Origin: a virus
Lineage: Duplodnaviria > Caudoviricetes
Strand: one strand, 5' to 3'
DNA length: 64,000 nt
Virus record (IMG/VR): IMGVR_UViG_2974508059_000001
Location: 160,001-224,000 of that record
Within the stretch, counting starts at the first letter, position 1. Each line of letters begins with the position of its first letter. Shown one piece after another: positions 44,874 to 56,081 of the stretch. Made by a program: the position numbers and the translations under genes. The notes under the pieces were generated by a model. It was not told where the DNA came from, ran no database searches, and was given only the letters and a program-made list of their open reading frames with translations.

Positions 44874-47072
44874 CTATCGTGCCGGAGTTGAGAAGATGTT
44901 CGCCAAGACACGCGCCGGCGGCAAGTCAAACACCGAGTTCACCACCGAGCCTACCGAGAAGGCAGACTTCCACGACTGTTTCCAGTTCAGGGCGTTCATG
45001 ATGGTACGGTCAATACCGTTGGTACGTTGGTGCAGCGTTGCACCCCCCAACACCGCCATGAATTCCGTGAACTTGTTATCGTCATCCCAAACTGACTGGT
45101 CAGTGACAATCGGCATGTACATCACACGCGACATGTCACGGATGGTGACGGAGATGTCACACGACAACGGACAGCCGTCCACACGCCAACCCAAACCACC
45201 GACACCGAAGTTCATGCTGACCGAGGTCACAATCCCATTACGGATGGAGTGACGACCACGTGAATACGCCTCCACGTAGAACGGGTGCGTGAACGACTGC
45301 TTACCGGTGGCAATCGGACAGGCCGCAGCAATCCAGAACGACAACGGGACGATAAGGTCTTGGAATACATCCAAGTCATTACCTGACCAGCAACGCAGGG
45401 GAATCGTCAGCGTGACATCATCACCGTCGGTTGAGGAACTGTCCCACACTTCAGGAAAGTCAATCACCGAGGAGTTGTACAGCGACATAATCCCTGAGAG
45501 GTGCAGGAAGTCCAATGCGCCGGTAAAGGCAGACTTCAGACCCGTGATAAGGCCGTCCACCGCATCAAAGCCTGTCTTACCACCCGAGAGGTTCACCTCA
45601 AGGCTACGGGCTTTCTGCGTGGCGGAGTTCACGGTACCGGAGATTTCAGGTTCTTTGGTACTGTTGGAGAAGTTACGACTGACCGTATCTCGCCCATCAA
45701 TTTTCCACGTTACCCACTGGGAACCGTTCTTGAATTCTGCCTCTGCCTGTGTGGCAATCGAATTCGTAAAGCGTCCCACGGTCCCTTCCGCTTCTTTGGC
45801 GTAGTCCCCGAAGAGGTCACCCCACGTCTGCTTCTGACCGCCGTCCATCCAGTTCTGAATCTGCTCTTGGTTCGGCTGGTCACCTTCCCCGCCCTGAGCT
45901 TGACTCGCCATCTGGTTCTGCAACGCCTGACGTTCGGTGTTGGTTGCGTTGTCGTACGCATCCGCCGTGCCACCACCTTGGTCAGCCTGTGAGTACACGC
46001 TTCCCACACTCTGCAGTACCGCATCTTCCTGATTGTCAACGTTGGTAAAGCCTGCGTAGTAGCCCGGTGATTTGGCAAACGCCGCTTCCATCGCCGCCAG
46101 TGAGATTTCCATTCCCGCCATGGCCTTGCTGTTGGGGTCAATCGAATTGGTGAACAGGGCTTCTTTATAAAACGCCTGTACACGACTCGCTTGGTCTTCC
46201 GGTGACGTCGCCTCTTTGGCAATCTTGTCAAGCGTGTCAGCCTGATAGTTCGCCAACACCTGATAACGGTTAATCATCTTGTAGATATCAAACTCGCCGT
46301 TAGCTTTCCAGATGTCAGGGAGGGCAGAATACAAATCGGCTTTCGACTTGTAATACTTGTTCGCCGGATCGTTCACATCCCCTGACCCTTTTCCGCCAAA
46401 GAAACCGAGGATATTCGTCGGCACCAGTTTGCGGTAAATCAGCTGGGTGTTTACGATGTTCTGCACCGCGCGCAAGTACAGGTGCATTGTCGGCTTCACG
46501 TAGTAGTAACGCGAGGCCTGTTTGTTCAGGGCTGCTTTCAACACGCGTGGGATAATCAGTAACGCACCAAACGCCACGGTACCCAGTGTGGCCCAGATGG
46601 CAGCTGCGGTTACCCATGTCCCCAATGTCCGCACCATACCCGGATAGTCACCCGTACGGGCGAGGTAGGCGAGGTTGGAGTCGTACATGTTTGCGAAGAA
46701 GGCCGCAACCCCTAAGTATTTCGGTTTGCCAAAACGGCAGTGGATATAGAAACTGTTTTGCTCAATCGCCTCGGAGTAGAACGCACCGTTGCGATACGAT
46801 CCTTGTTGTTCTTGGCTGTCATGCCACTTACGAAATGAAGCACGGGTCTCATCGTAGGGCTGCGCGAAGACACCACCGACAGGCGGATCGGCAAACAGGG
46901 TAAAACCCGGTGGGGTGTTAATCGCCTGCCCACCACCCACGGTGGTATCGGCAAACGACAGTCGAGCGTCGCTGTACACACGCAGGTTTGTGAAACGCGT
47001 GTCGCGTTGGGTTATCGCACCGCCGAACAGGGCCGTGACCCAACCGGAGTCGGTAATCGTTCTCGCATCCAC
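44874..47072 (-). CDS. Virion tail/baseplate protein (phiKZ gp182-like)
   Basis: 732 aa directly downstream of the large tail transglycosylase gene. Confidence 0.65.
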   Translation of the reverse strand: MDARTITDSGWVTALFGGAITQRDTRFTNLRVYSDARLSFADTTVGGGQAINTPPGFTLFADPPVGGVFAQPYDETRASFRKWHDSQEQQGSYRNGAFYSEAIEQNSFYIHCRFGKPKYLGVAAFFANMYDSNLAYLARTGDYPGMVRTLGTWVTAAAIWATLGTVAFGALLIIPRVLKAALNKQASRYYYVKPTMHLYLRAVQNIVNTQLIYRKLVPTNILGFFGGKGSGDVNDPANKYYKSKADLYSALPDIWKANGEFDIYKMINRYQVLANYQADTLDKIAKEATSPEDQASRVQAFYKEALFTNSIDPNSKAMAGMEISLAAMEAAFAKSPGYYAGFTNVDNQEDAVLQSVGSVYSQADQGGGTADAYDNATNTERQALQNQMASQAQGGEGDQPNQEQIQNWMDGGQKQTWGDLFGDYAKEAEGTVGRFTNSIATQAEAEFKNGSQWVTWKIDGRDTVSRNFSNSTKEPEISGTVNSATQKARSLEVNLSGGKTGFDAVDGLITGLKSAFTGALDFLHLSGIMSLYNSSVIDFPEVWDSSSTDGDDVTLTIPLRCWSGNDLDVFQDLIVPLSFWIAAACPIATGKQSFTHPFYVEAYSRGRHSIRNGIVTSVSMNFGVGGLGWRVDGCPLSCDISVTIRDMSRVMYMPIVTDQSVWDDDNKFTEFMAVLGGATLHQRTNGIDRTIMNALNWKQSWKSAFSVGSVVNSVFDLPPARVLANIFSTPAR

Positions 47073-47121
47073 AGTGGACCTCTCTTGAAAGAAATGGGGG
47101 CAGTTGCCCGCCCCCGTTTAA

Positions 47122-50100
47122 CTACGACGCTTTCCGGTTCAGGTTAAGCGTTGGTGCCGGTGCTGTGGTTTGTGTCTTACGACTGGCAGCGCCGGGCGCA
47201 GTTGCAGCTTGAGCCGCAGGTGGTGCCCCGTTGAGCGTCCCACCTTTCTGGAGGTATTCCCAAATCTTCGAGAGGTAGTCGCGACTCTGCCCCTCGATGT
47301 CAATGAGTTCATCCATACGGCTCACCGTGACCATATCACCTGCCGAGACAGGCATGTCGTTAGCGGCTTTACGCGGTTTGGCCTGTGCCGTTGCCTGATT
47401 GGCATAGCCCGCCCCGACCTTGGCTGCATCTGCTGGAGACATTCCATCTGCCTCCGCGGCCGCTTGGATGTTATCGGCATCTTTAGCAATATCCGACGGC
47501 GAGTTCGCCGCTGACACGCCCGCAGGATTCGGTGCTGTCACAGACGCACTTTGCGTGGCCGCATCGTTCGCCGCCTGTGCACCTTTCTGCGCCAATGCCA
47601 CATCCTTGCGCTGTGCTGTCTGGATTGCACCATCAGCATCGTTGGCTGCCGGAGCACCTGCTGCCCGTGCTGGGTCAGTCGGTGTCTGGCCCGACATGGC
47701 TTGCTTCGCCAAATCGGAGTTCGAGGTGGCAATGTTCGCAACCTGTGAACCCATACGCCCGTTCAACTCTTGCATCACCTGTGCAAAGCTTCGAATACGT
47801 CCGCCGGAGGTGAAGACCGACATGTTGTTGCCTATCACGCCGCTACTGGAATAACGGATAGAGTTGGCCGGTGCATTCGGGTTGGCTTTGTAGGCTTTCA
47901 TGAACTTGGCCGCATCGCCCGCACCCAAGAAGTGATACAGGTACGCCACGCCCGGAGGGACTTGGCCGCCGTAATCGCTTTGGGCTTTGGAGATGTTGTT
48001 ACGAATGAAGTTAATGCCGAGCAGGGTATTCGCGTACGGGTCGAGCTGGGTTGCCCCATTCGGAATCCCGAACTTGTTACCGTAGTTCTGCAATTCTCCA
48101 GGCGCATTGCCTTTCCCTGACCACGTGGATTTGATGAACTGATACAGTCCACCGGCTCCCGAGTCTTTGTTCCATGCTTTATAGTTGAACTTGGATTCGG
48201 CGTACGCCATCCCCAATGCAACACCCGGTGGTACTCCGAGGCGTTGCGCCACATCCACAATCATGGCCTTCACGTTGGCGACGTTATTCAACGACGCGCG
48301 TGGATACTTCTCTGCCAACTCTTTGTAGTTGCCATCGCCCATCTGTCCCAAGGAGATGTTGGTACTACCGGTGGTCATCGCGGCATAGTTTCCAATCCCG
48401 CCGGCTGCAGCAATTTCACTGCTGCCATTCCAACCGCCACCACCCCCGTCGTAACCGCTCCGACCGTTTAAGCCTGCGGCACGCAATGCCTCTGCTGAGC
48501 CCGGGGCGTACGAACTCACCCCGTTATCGCTCATGGCGTCACCGCCGTAGAGGCCCTTGGTCAGTTCCTTCTGTTTCCACTGCGCACGGCCTTGCTTCTT
48601 CTCGTTTTCACGCATCAGGTTTCGCACTGCCAAGTCCGCTTCTTTCGAAAGGACGTGCAGGGATTCCAGTTCTGCGTTAACCGAGGAGGCTACCGTGTTT
48701 GCATCGCCCCCGAACGGGTTGATGGCAATGTCCCAAACAGACTGACGAATGTCATTCTTCATGGAGTAGGCACGCGAGGTCATTAAACCGACTTCGTAGA
48801 GATACCCACCCGAGAGTTTCAAGTCCAGCGGATTGGCGGTAGGCTGATAGCGATACACACCCACCACGTACGTCATGAAGACCGGCAGGAAACGGTTGTA
48901 GAACCAGTATTTCAACCGGTCGGCTTTCTCGGAAGTGGAACCCCCCGGTACTAACGCATCAATCGCTTCTTGCCATCTGCCTTTATACGTGTTGTTCTTG
49001 ACATCGATACTCGGGTAGACCAGCCGCTCCATCAGTAACAGGGATTTCACCTGTGCCGGATTGAGGGTGGTTAAACCGTATGCCTTCATTCGGAGTGACT
49101 GCAAGGCATCGACGTCTTTTTGCTGGACCACAGAGTTGTAATCAACCTGAACCGTAACCTGTTCGTTGCCGTCTTCCCAACCTTCTTTCTTGATGGTGTG
49201 GTCACGGCGTTCTTGGTCAAGGGTAGCGAGTCGGTTAACTGACTCTGCCACACCGGAGACTTTGGTGCCGTCGGCCGTTGGGGGTGCCAAGTGATTGCGC
49301 ACTGCCGCTGACCCTTCTGCACGGAACTTAATGGATTTCTCCACTTCGTTCTGCACATCCATCACATCGTCCGCACCCAGTAAATCCGGTGAGGTGAAGG
49401 TAATCGTATCCCATGCCTTCGAGAAGAAACCTTGGTTCGTTTTACGGGGGTCTTCGATGGCTTTCAGGTATTGCGAGTCCTTGCTCAATTTGTTTTTGGC
49501 AAACAGCGTCTTCATGTCTTCTTTGCTGACTTTGGTTACATCACCTAAGTCTTTCAAGGCCACATCGCTCTCAAGCTGACGCAGAGAACTCATCCACCGC
49601 AGGTACAGTGGAATAAAGCGCTGGAGCATAAACGCATGGAAGGAGACCAGTTCCGATTTCTCGTCCTTGTTCACCCCGAAGCCTGCTGCAAGTTTCTCCA
49701 CATCGCTGGCAGAAAGGCCACGTAACGTTGCCGCCCCGTCGTTGTTGTAGGAGATGTACCCTTTCAGCTGGTCTTCCAAGTATCTCGCCTTCGCGCCGTC
49801 GTCGCTGTTCCAGCTTTCGTAATCACGGAAGCCGTACTGGGCCAGACGCATACGGTCAAGGTATTTCGCCGGGACGTTGGTGGCGATTTTGTACGCGGCG
49901 TAGCCGATACCGGCCACCGCGGCACCCACGGCAATCGCCGGCCAACCAATCGCGGTCACCAAGGCGGCCGCACCCGAGATAAGCGGGGCTGCAATGGCCC
50001 GTGCCGCCCACGGCAGTGCTCGGGTAGCCAATGCCCAACCACCGCGTGCCAAGAGCTTACCGGGCTTCCAGAGGCCCCATTTGCCGACAAAGCCCAATGC

Positions 50101-53100
50101 GCTACCCAGTGTGCCGAGCACCCCACCAATCCCACCGATAACACCCGTGAGTTTGTCAAGGACACCCATCACACCACCGCGTTGACCACCACCCGATCCG
50201 CCTGCATGCCCTTCACCGCCTTCACGGTGTGACTGCTTACGACGGAAGAAGTTGAGGTAGTCTTTCTTCTCGGTTGAATCGCCAAACTTGTTGCGTCGGG
50301 TGAACTTGTTCATCATGCCACGAACAAACCCTTCCGACCCACCGGCGTCCAACGTTGACGAGCGCATCTTGTCAAACCACGTAATCTCTTGCAGCCCAAC
50401 CATGCGGTTGAGTTTCTCGAGCATGGCCTGACCAACCGACTGGACCTTCTTCTTGCCGGTGTTGATAACCCGACCTGCGGCATCAGTTGCTTCTTCTGCG
50501 GTGTCATTCAAATCAGAACGCAAGCGGTTCGCGTTCAACCCTTTACGACGGTGCAGTCGGTCACGGTAGAACTCGGCACTTTCATCGTCGCGTCCCGCCA
50601 AGCGTTGCTCGACCAGATAACGCAGACCGATGTCATGCTCCGCCCCGGTGTAACGGTTCGCAATATCACGCGCGGTGTCCGCACCACGACCGTAGAGGTC
50701 AGACGCCGCAGCGCGACCCCGACCAAACCAGCCACTGACGCGATTACGCACATTGTTAAAGCGACGGCCCCAACGACGACGGGACATCACCCGACCCCGG
50801 CGGAAGGCACGACCGATGCCACCTTTGACACGTCCGAAGGTGTTTCCCCCGCCCACACCCGCTTCCATGGTATCTGCCCAACTTTCGTCTTCCGGCTCAC
50901 CGGACAAACGGTTGTTCAGGAGTTTGTAGATACGCAGTAAGATGTGGTTGGTTTTCTTCGAGCCCCCGCCTAAGCCTCCAAAGAAGCTGTTACCGGAGAA
51001 CCATTTGCTGTCTGAAGACGAGCCGCGATTGTTCCACCAACGGGTCAACGGGTTGTTTTGTGCCATCCCCTTGATACGGTCGATCCCCCCACGGATCATA
51101 GACGGGATGCGGCCTGCGGCGTTTAAAGCGAACCTGCCGATCCCGGTCACCCGACCCACAATCCGACCCAGTGGAGACTTCACCGCACGACCAAAGCGGT
51201 CAACCAGTTTGAAGTTCGGGTTAGCCAGCTCTTCGGCGGTGATGACATCGTTGCCTTGCGCATCAACCACGGCACCGGTTACCTCACTGGCCTTATAGAT
51301 GATACGACCGCCTTCTTTCAAGCGGTACTCACCTTCACGCATCCGGTTAGCAAACAGGCGAGGATTGGTTTCGCCTTTGACGTAGATATCGGGAGCCTGA
51401 GTAAACCAGTCCTTCACTGTGCGAAGTGGATTTTTGATTTTACTCGCCAGACGACCGGGCAGTGACAATATACCCCGCCCTGCTTCGCCGGCTTTGTTGC
51501 CGATAACATCAAAGAGCTTCTTCCAGTTCGAGCCGTTGTAAAACGTCAGCTCGCCCCCTTGGGCCAAATCGGCAGCAGAGAGAATCACGTTCCCCTGCGC
51601 ATCGATAATGTCCCGCCCCATGCGGATATCACCGAGGGCATGCAGTTGGGTCATCTGACTCCCTTGGCCGCTGCCCATCTGGTAATAGTCACCCGCGGCT
51701 AAACGTTTACCGTTTAAGACCACTTTGCCTTGGGCATTGTAGATGTCCCGGGCACCCAGTAACCCTTTACCGAAGGAACGGATACCGGACAGCGCATTAC
51801 TGCCCGCGCCCAGTACACGCTGGAACATACTCGTCCCGGCAGCACCACCGCCCGAGAAGCGACCGCGTAGCCACGACGCCAAACGACCCCCGCGTGCACG
51901 CGCACCGTTAAAGCCCCGCTTCGCCTGACGCCATCCACCTGCGGCGGTGTCACGACCTAAGCGACCCCAACGACGGAACAGTCCACCGCCAGAACCTCCC
52001 CCGCCCCCTGAGCCACCGGGGGCCGGACTTGGGCCGTGCAAGTCATCGCCACCCATGTTGAGTGAGTTCAGGATAAACACCCCTTCCTCATTCATGTCAC
52101 GGACGTGGTCAAGGATTTTGCTCAGCAGCTCGCCTTGGTTGTTTTCACGGATAGCCCGGATAAGGTCATCGTTTGAGGACGCACCACCGGAGCCGAGGGT
52201 ACTTTTCATGCCCTCAAACAAATCCGGTAAGGTAGTCGGCTTGTCGCCGTACAAGACGTTTGACAACGCAAGGGCGGATAGCCCACCGCGCATGCCACCC
52301 CCAAAGCCCGCACCCCGACGACGTTCCTCTTCTTTCTTGGAACCATCCCCCATGCCACGACGGCGCAGGAGGTCACCCAGTGCTGACCCGTTTTGCAACT
52401 TACGCTGAATTTCCTGCTCACGGGTCAATGACCGACCGCTTCGGGTTTTGCCCATGGCCAAGTCATTGAACAATGTATGCGGGTCATTCAAATCACGGTC
52501 AACGTGGAAGACATCGTTCTTGTCGTCGTAGTGGAAGATACCGGCATCACGCAGGGCACGTTCCCCGTAGAGACCCGCAGCCGCATCAATACGCCCTTGA
52601 CGACGACTGATGGACGACTGAATCGCCGCCATGCGGTTCGCCAACTCATTAGAGAGCTCGTAACCGCCACCCACCCCTTGACCGGGATGTGAGTTCATCA
52701 GTTGCTGGATTTTATCCGCACCTTCAAACCCCATGAACCGCTGAAGGGCTTGCGGGTCACGCGACAGGGCTTGGACGTCAATGGCTTTACCGGTTGAGGC
52801 ACGCTCTTCGATAAAGTCCGCCAGACGTTGACGCTCACGTTGGTTCAGGCTCTTGTTGTGGTCAAGGTAGTCCACCGTGGAACCGATGCTGCCCTGCAAA
52901 CGTTTACGCTCATCATCGTTGGCAACCGACTTACGCACACGGTTACCGATAACCTTGCGGTCAACAAAGCCCCGGCTCGTGATGTCGTATTCCATGTCGG
53001 CGTGTTCGCCATAACCCCGACGAATCGATTTGTTGATTTCACTCAGCCACGCAGGAATGATTTCGTTAATCGACAGCCACGTCCGGTGGTCGAACTTAGA

Positions 53101-54426
53101 CGCCCGAGACAACATCCCCGGTTCGCGCTCATCCAACATCCCTTGCTCACGCTGCAGTGGGTTGATAATCCCAAGCATGTGCAAGGCACGGAAGATGCTA
53201 CCTGCCGCACCCATGTCTTCCCCGGCAATCGCTGAGTTAGAAATCGAGGACAGGTTACCGAACATGAACTTACCACGCTGGGCTTGTTTCATGAAGTCGG
53301 GGTTCATCTCGAGCTTTTCGCGGGTGTGCTTTTGCAGCTTTTCAATCTGTGGACCCAGCAGACGTTTAGCTGCCTGAGAAGACAACCACCCTACAGCCTT
53401 CTGTGTGCCATTCTGCCGACGTTTGTCTGCAGATAAGGAAGAACTATCATCGAGGTCGAAATCGTCCTCTATGGCGCTTCCCATGAGCATTTCGAGCATA
53501 CCACGCGCATCGCCGAATCCTTCGGAGATTTTCTTCTTGGTATTGTTGCGAATCTGGTCAATGAACCCGTCTGCGTATTTCAGGGGGTTCATCCAGTCGG
53601 CGGCTTTACGCTTGATGTTCGCCCAGTGAATCTCGGAGAACTCTTCCTTGGCGTAATCCGGCAGCGCCGTGTTCTTGACAATCGCTTCCAGTGCCGGGGT
53701 GTTACGGTCGAACTGGGTCTGGTTGAGTTTGTTTGCATCTTCCAATGCAAAGAGAATACGGTACTGCAATTCCAACTGCTTACGGGAGATGTTGAGCATC
53801 ACCCCTTTTTGCAACGAGGACTGCAGATGGATGTCTTTGGCGATCGCGTTGACCACCCCAAACATCGCATCAGACTTCATCTCACGAATCGAATCGCGGA
53901 CACGGTCTTCGACGGCCTGCTCACGGGCATCGGCTTGGTCACGAACGGCGTCTTTGTAGTCGCCCTCGCCACCCATGACACCACTCATCTCGCGATCCAT
54001 CTGCGCTTGACGTGGGTCGTAATTGTTGTACTGCTGGTCGTCGGACTTTGACCAACGTTCCATTTTACGGGTCAGGCTATCAGGCAGGTACCGGCGCATT
54101 GTCGGGGTAAGCTGACGCACCTGCTGCTTGATAACCCGGTTGGTCTTGACGACCTCCTCTTTGGTATGAGCAGCAATGTCCTTTGCCGCTGCCGACACGT
54201 CCTGATAGCCTTTATAAGCATCAGCCGCGGGCTTTGGCATACCCTTCATGATCACCTGATCACGCTTACCTTTTGGCCACACGGCCGCCAGTGCCGATTT
54301 ACGCACAGTGTTAAGTGTATTCAACACCGGATTGCGTTTCGTGTCCTTCTGGCGCGGTGGCTCACCGAAGTCATCCCAATCCATGTTGTCGAGATCAAGA
54401 TCGTCGAAATCGCCTTTTTTAGCCAT
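47122..54426 (-). CDS. Large tail (tape-measure-like) protein with lytic transglycosylase domain (phiKZ gp181-like)
   Basis: 2434 aa; hydrophobic Gly/Ala segment; C-terminal AESKFN...AGGLYQFIKSTW...DPYAN...YLYHFLG. Confidence 0.88.
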   Translation of the reverse strand: MAKKGDFDDLDLDNMDWDDFGEPPRQKDTKRNPVLNTLNTVRKSALAAVWPKGKRDQVIMKGMPKPAADAYKGYQDVSAAAKDIAAHTKEEVVKTNRVIKQQVRQLTPTMRRYLPDSLTRKMERWSKSDDQQYNNYDPRQAQMDREMSGVMGGEGDYKDAVRDQADAREQAVEDRVRDSIREMKSDAMFGVVNAIAKDIHLQSSLQKGVMLNISRKQLELQYRILFALEDANKLNQTQFDRNTPALEAIVKNTALPDYAKEEFSEIHWANIKRKAADWMNPLKYADGFIDQIRNNTKKKISEGFGDARGMLEMLMGSAIEDDFDLDDSSSLSADKRRQNGTQKAVGWLSSQAAKRLLGPQIEKLQKHTREKLEMNPDFMKQAQRGKFMFGNLSSISNSAIAGEDMGAAGSIFRALHMLGIINPLQREQGMLDEREPGMLSRASKFDHRTWLSINEIIPAWLSEINKSIRRGYGEHADMEYDITSRGFVDRKVIGNRVRKSVANDDERKRLQGSIGSTVDYLDHNKSLNQRERQRLADFIEERASTGKAIDVQALSRDPQALQRFMGFEGADKIQQLMNSHPGQGVGGGYELSNELANRMAAIQSSISRRQGRIDAAAGLYGERALRDAGIFHYDDKNDVFHVDRDLNDPHTLFNDLAMGKTRSGRSLTREQEIQRKLQNGSALGDLLRRRGMGDGSKKEEERRRGAGFGGGMRGGLSALALSNVLYGDKPTTLPDLFEGMKSTLGSGGASSNDDLIRAIRENNQGELLSKILDHVRDMNEEGVFILNSLNMGGDDLHGPSPAPGGSGGGGGSGGGLFRRWGRLGRDTAAGGWRQAKRGFNGARARGGRLASWLRGRFSGGGAAGTSMFQRVLGAGSNALSGIRSFGKGLLGARDIYNAQGKVVLNGKRLAAGDYYQMGSGQGSQMTQLHALGDIRMGRDIIDAQGNVILSAADLAQGGELTFYNGSNWKKLFDVIGNKAGEAGRGILSLPGRLASKIKNPLRTVKDWFTQAPDIYVKGETNPRLFANRMREGEYRLKEGGRIIYKASEVTGAVVDAQGNDVITAEELANPNFKLVDRFGRAVKSPLGRIVGRVTGIGRFALNAAGRIPSMIRGGIDRIKGMAQNNPLTRWWNNRGSSSDSKWFSGNSFFGGLGGGSKKTNHILLRIYKLLNNRLSGEPEDESWADTMEAGVGGGNTFGRVKGGIGRAFRRGRVMSRRRWGRRFNNVRNRVSGWFGRGRAAASDLYGRGADTARDIANRYTGAEHDIGLRYLVEQRLAGRDDESAEFYRDRLHRRKGLNANRLRSDLNDTAEEATDAAGRVINTGKKKVQSVGQAMLEKLNRMVGLQEITWFDKMRSSTLDAGGSEGFVRGMMNKFTRRNKFGDSTEKKDYLNFFRRKQSHREGGEGHAGGSGGGQRGGVMGVLDKLTGVIGGIGGVLGTLGSALGFVGKWGLWKPGKLLARGGWALATRALPWAARAIAAPLISGAAALVTAIGWPAIAVGAAVAGIGYAAYKIATNVPAKYLDRMRLAQYGFRDYESWNSDDGAKARYLEDQLKGYISYNNDGAATLRGLSASDVEKLAAGFGVNKDEKSELVSFHAFMLQRFIPLYLRWMSSLRQLESDVALKDLGDVTKVSKEDMKTLFAKNKLSKDSQYLKAIEDPRKTNQGFFSKAWDTITFTSPDLLGADDVMDVQNEVEKSIKFRAEGSAAVRNHLAPPTADGTKVSGVAESVNRLATLDQERRDHTIKKEGWEDGNEQVTVQVDYNSVVQQKDVDALQSLRMKAYGLTTLNPAQVKSLLLMERLVYPSIDVKNNTYKGRWQEAIDALVPGGSTSEKADRLKYWFYNRFLPVFMTYVVGVYRYQPTANPLDLKLSGGYLYEVGLMTSRAYSMKNDIRQSVWDIAINPFGGDANTVASSVNAELESLHVLSKEADLAVRNLMRENEKKQGRAQWKQKELTKGLYGGDAMSDNGVSSYAPGSAEALRAAGLNGRSGYDGGGGGWNGSSEIAAAGGIGNYAAMTTGSTNISLGQMGDGNYKELAEKYPRASLNNVANVKAMIVDVAQRLGVPPGVALGMAYAESKFNYKAWNKDSGAGGLYQFIKSTWSGKGNAPGELQNYGNKFGIPNGATQLDPYANTLLGINFIRNNISKAQSDYGGQVPPGVAYLYHFLGAGDAAKFMKAYKANPNAPANSIRYSSSGVIGNNMSVFTSGGRIRSFAQVMQELNGRMGSQVANIATSNSDLAKQAMSGQTPTDPARAAGAPAANDADGAIQTAQRKDVALAQKGAQAANDAATQSASVTAPNPAGVSAANSPSDIAKDADNIQAAAEADGMSPADAAKVGAGYANQATAQAKPRKAANDMPVSAGDMVTVSRMDELIDIEGQSRDYLSKIWEYLQKGGTLNGAPPAAQAATAPGAASRKTQTTAPAPTLNLNRKAS

Positions 54427-54458
54427 GATATTTTATTTCCAATTCGGGAGCTTGCAAC

Positions 54459-56072
54459 GTGAAAAAGCTAAACTGGGTTGACTTCTATTTGTTGAACGTC
54501 AACAGCGGACTCGTGTCTAACCTTAAGCCGGTTACTACCACTGACACGTATCAGGGGATGACGAAAAACTTCCACCCAGAAGGACTCTACTCCACCGAGA
54601 TTTTTGGCCTCGTCGGTAGCGAGGAACGTGATGCCACGTTTTCGTACATCGATATCAAACTCGACATCATCTCTCCTACCGTGTGCTTGGGGCTGTTTAA
54701 ATTAAAAGCCCTGTACGAGGACATTTGTGCGGGTCGCCGTTTTGCCGTGTGGAATGAAAAAGAGAAGGACTTTGAGCCTGCTCTTCCGGGTGACAAAAAC
54801 GCGGACACCGGCTTTAACTTCTTCTTGAAATACTACAAACAGTTGACCCCTGCCCGTAACGATTCCCTGCGTCGTGATGACACCCTCGACTTCTTCTTCA
54901 AATTCCGTGACATGTCTTTGTCACGTTATGTACTGGTTCTACCTGCCGGGTTACGCGACCTTGTGGTTCGCGAAGATGGCCGGGACCAAGAAGAAGATGT
55001 GGGGGGTTTATTCCGCCGAATGATTTCCCTTTCCCGTGCGATTCCAGACCGTAACGCGCGCGTCGAATTAACCGACCCCGTACGCTGGAAACTGCAAAGC
55101 ACGTTCAACGATATCTGGATGTACTTCTTTAACATCCTGGATGGGAAAGGCGGATTTGCACGCAGGAAGGTCACCCGTCGTCGGTTGATGAACGGCACAC
55201 GTAACGTGTTGTCATCGTTCCCAACCGGGTCGAAGGTGATGGGGCGTGAGGATGAGGTCAGGCCAACTGACACCCGTGTAGGTTTGTACCAGACCCTGAA
55301 AGCCCTGCTGCCTGTGGCGCAGTTCAATATCCGCGAACGTTACTTAGGTAACATCCGGGCAGGTGACGGCAACCTCTACGGGGTGAACACCAAAACATTA
55401 CGTCGTGAGTTCTTGGAAGTCAAAGGACGCGTCTACGACCTCTATACCACCGATGACGGTATTGAGACATTGATTAACCGGATGGAAGCGCGTGAACTCC
55501 GCCACCAACCGGTGATGATAGATAAAAACCATTACGTGGCCCTTATCTATCAAGACGCTAATTTCTTCAAAGTGTTCTACGACATCACAGACTTGCCAGC
55601 CAACCTCGACAAGAAAAATGTTCGGGGCATCTCGCTGGCAGAACTGCTGTACCTGTCGGGTTATGACCTGTGGAATGACTATTTCTCATTCGTCACACGT
55701 TACCCCGTAGCAGGCCGTGGTTCGACGTACTCCTCGACCATAAGATTGGAGACCACCACCTCATCTCTTTACTTAAAAGAGCTCGAAGACGACTGGATTA
55801 CCGTCAAAGAGAAAGGGGCTGTGAGCTTCCCAGACCGTACAGTGGAAACCTTCGTGGAATCGATGGCTCCCCACCCAACGCGTCTGGCCGGTTTAGGCGG
55901 TGACTACGATGGTGACACGGGTTCGTTCAACGCCCCGATGTCGCAAGAAGCCGTAGACGAAAACCGCAAATGGTTACGTTCGAAGAACTACTGGTTTGCA
56001 ACAGATGGCAGTTTTAAAGTTAACCCGGTGAACGATGTGATTGCACGTTCCATGAACGCACTGTTGCGATAA
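54459..56072 (+). CDS. Virion RNA polymerase beta-prime N-terminal subunit (phiKZ gp180-like)
   Basis: GLYSTEIFG, VTRYP, catalytic GGDYDGD. Confidence 0.9.
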   Translation: MKKLNWVDFYLLNVNSGLVSNLKPVTTTDTYQGMTKNFHPEGLYSTEIFGLVGSEERDATFSYIDIKLDIISPTVCLGLFKLKALYEDICAGRRFAVWNEKEKDFEPALPGDKNADTGFNFFLKYYKQLTPARNDSLRRDDTLDFFFKFRDMSLSRYVLVLPAGLRDLVVREDGRDQEEDVGGLFRRMISLSRAIPDRNARVELTDPVRWKLQSTFNDIWMYFFNILDGKGGFARRKVTRRRLMNGTRNVLSSFPTGSKVMGREDEVRPTDTRVGLYQTLKALLPVAQFNIRERYLGNIRAGDGNLYGVNTKTLRREFLEVKGRVYDLYTTDDGIETLINRMEARELRHQPVMIDKNHYVALIYQDANFFKVFYDITDLPANLDKKNVRGISLAELLYLSGYDLWNDYFSFVTRYPVAGRGSTYSSTIRLETTTSSLYLKELEDDWITVKEKGAVSFPDRTVETFVESMAPHPTRLAGLGGDYDGDTGSFNAPMSQEAVDENRKWLRSKNYWFATDGSFKVNPVNDVIARSMNALLR

Positions 56073-56081
56073 GGTTTAGAC

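Noticed and set aside
51990-52030. G/C-rich low-complexity tract
   Set aside because: Encodes a Gly/Ser linker in the tail protein and is not a separate repeat element
44896-54462. Many plus-strand ORFs inside the tail genes
   Set aside because: Antisense shadows of long minus-strand genes, lacking SDs and motifs
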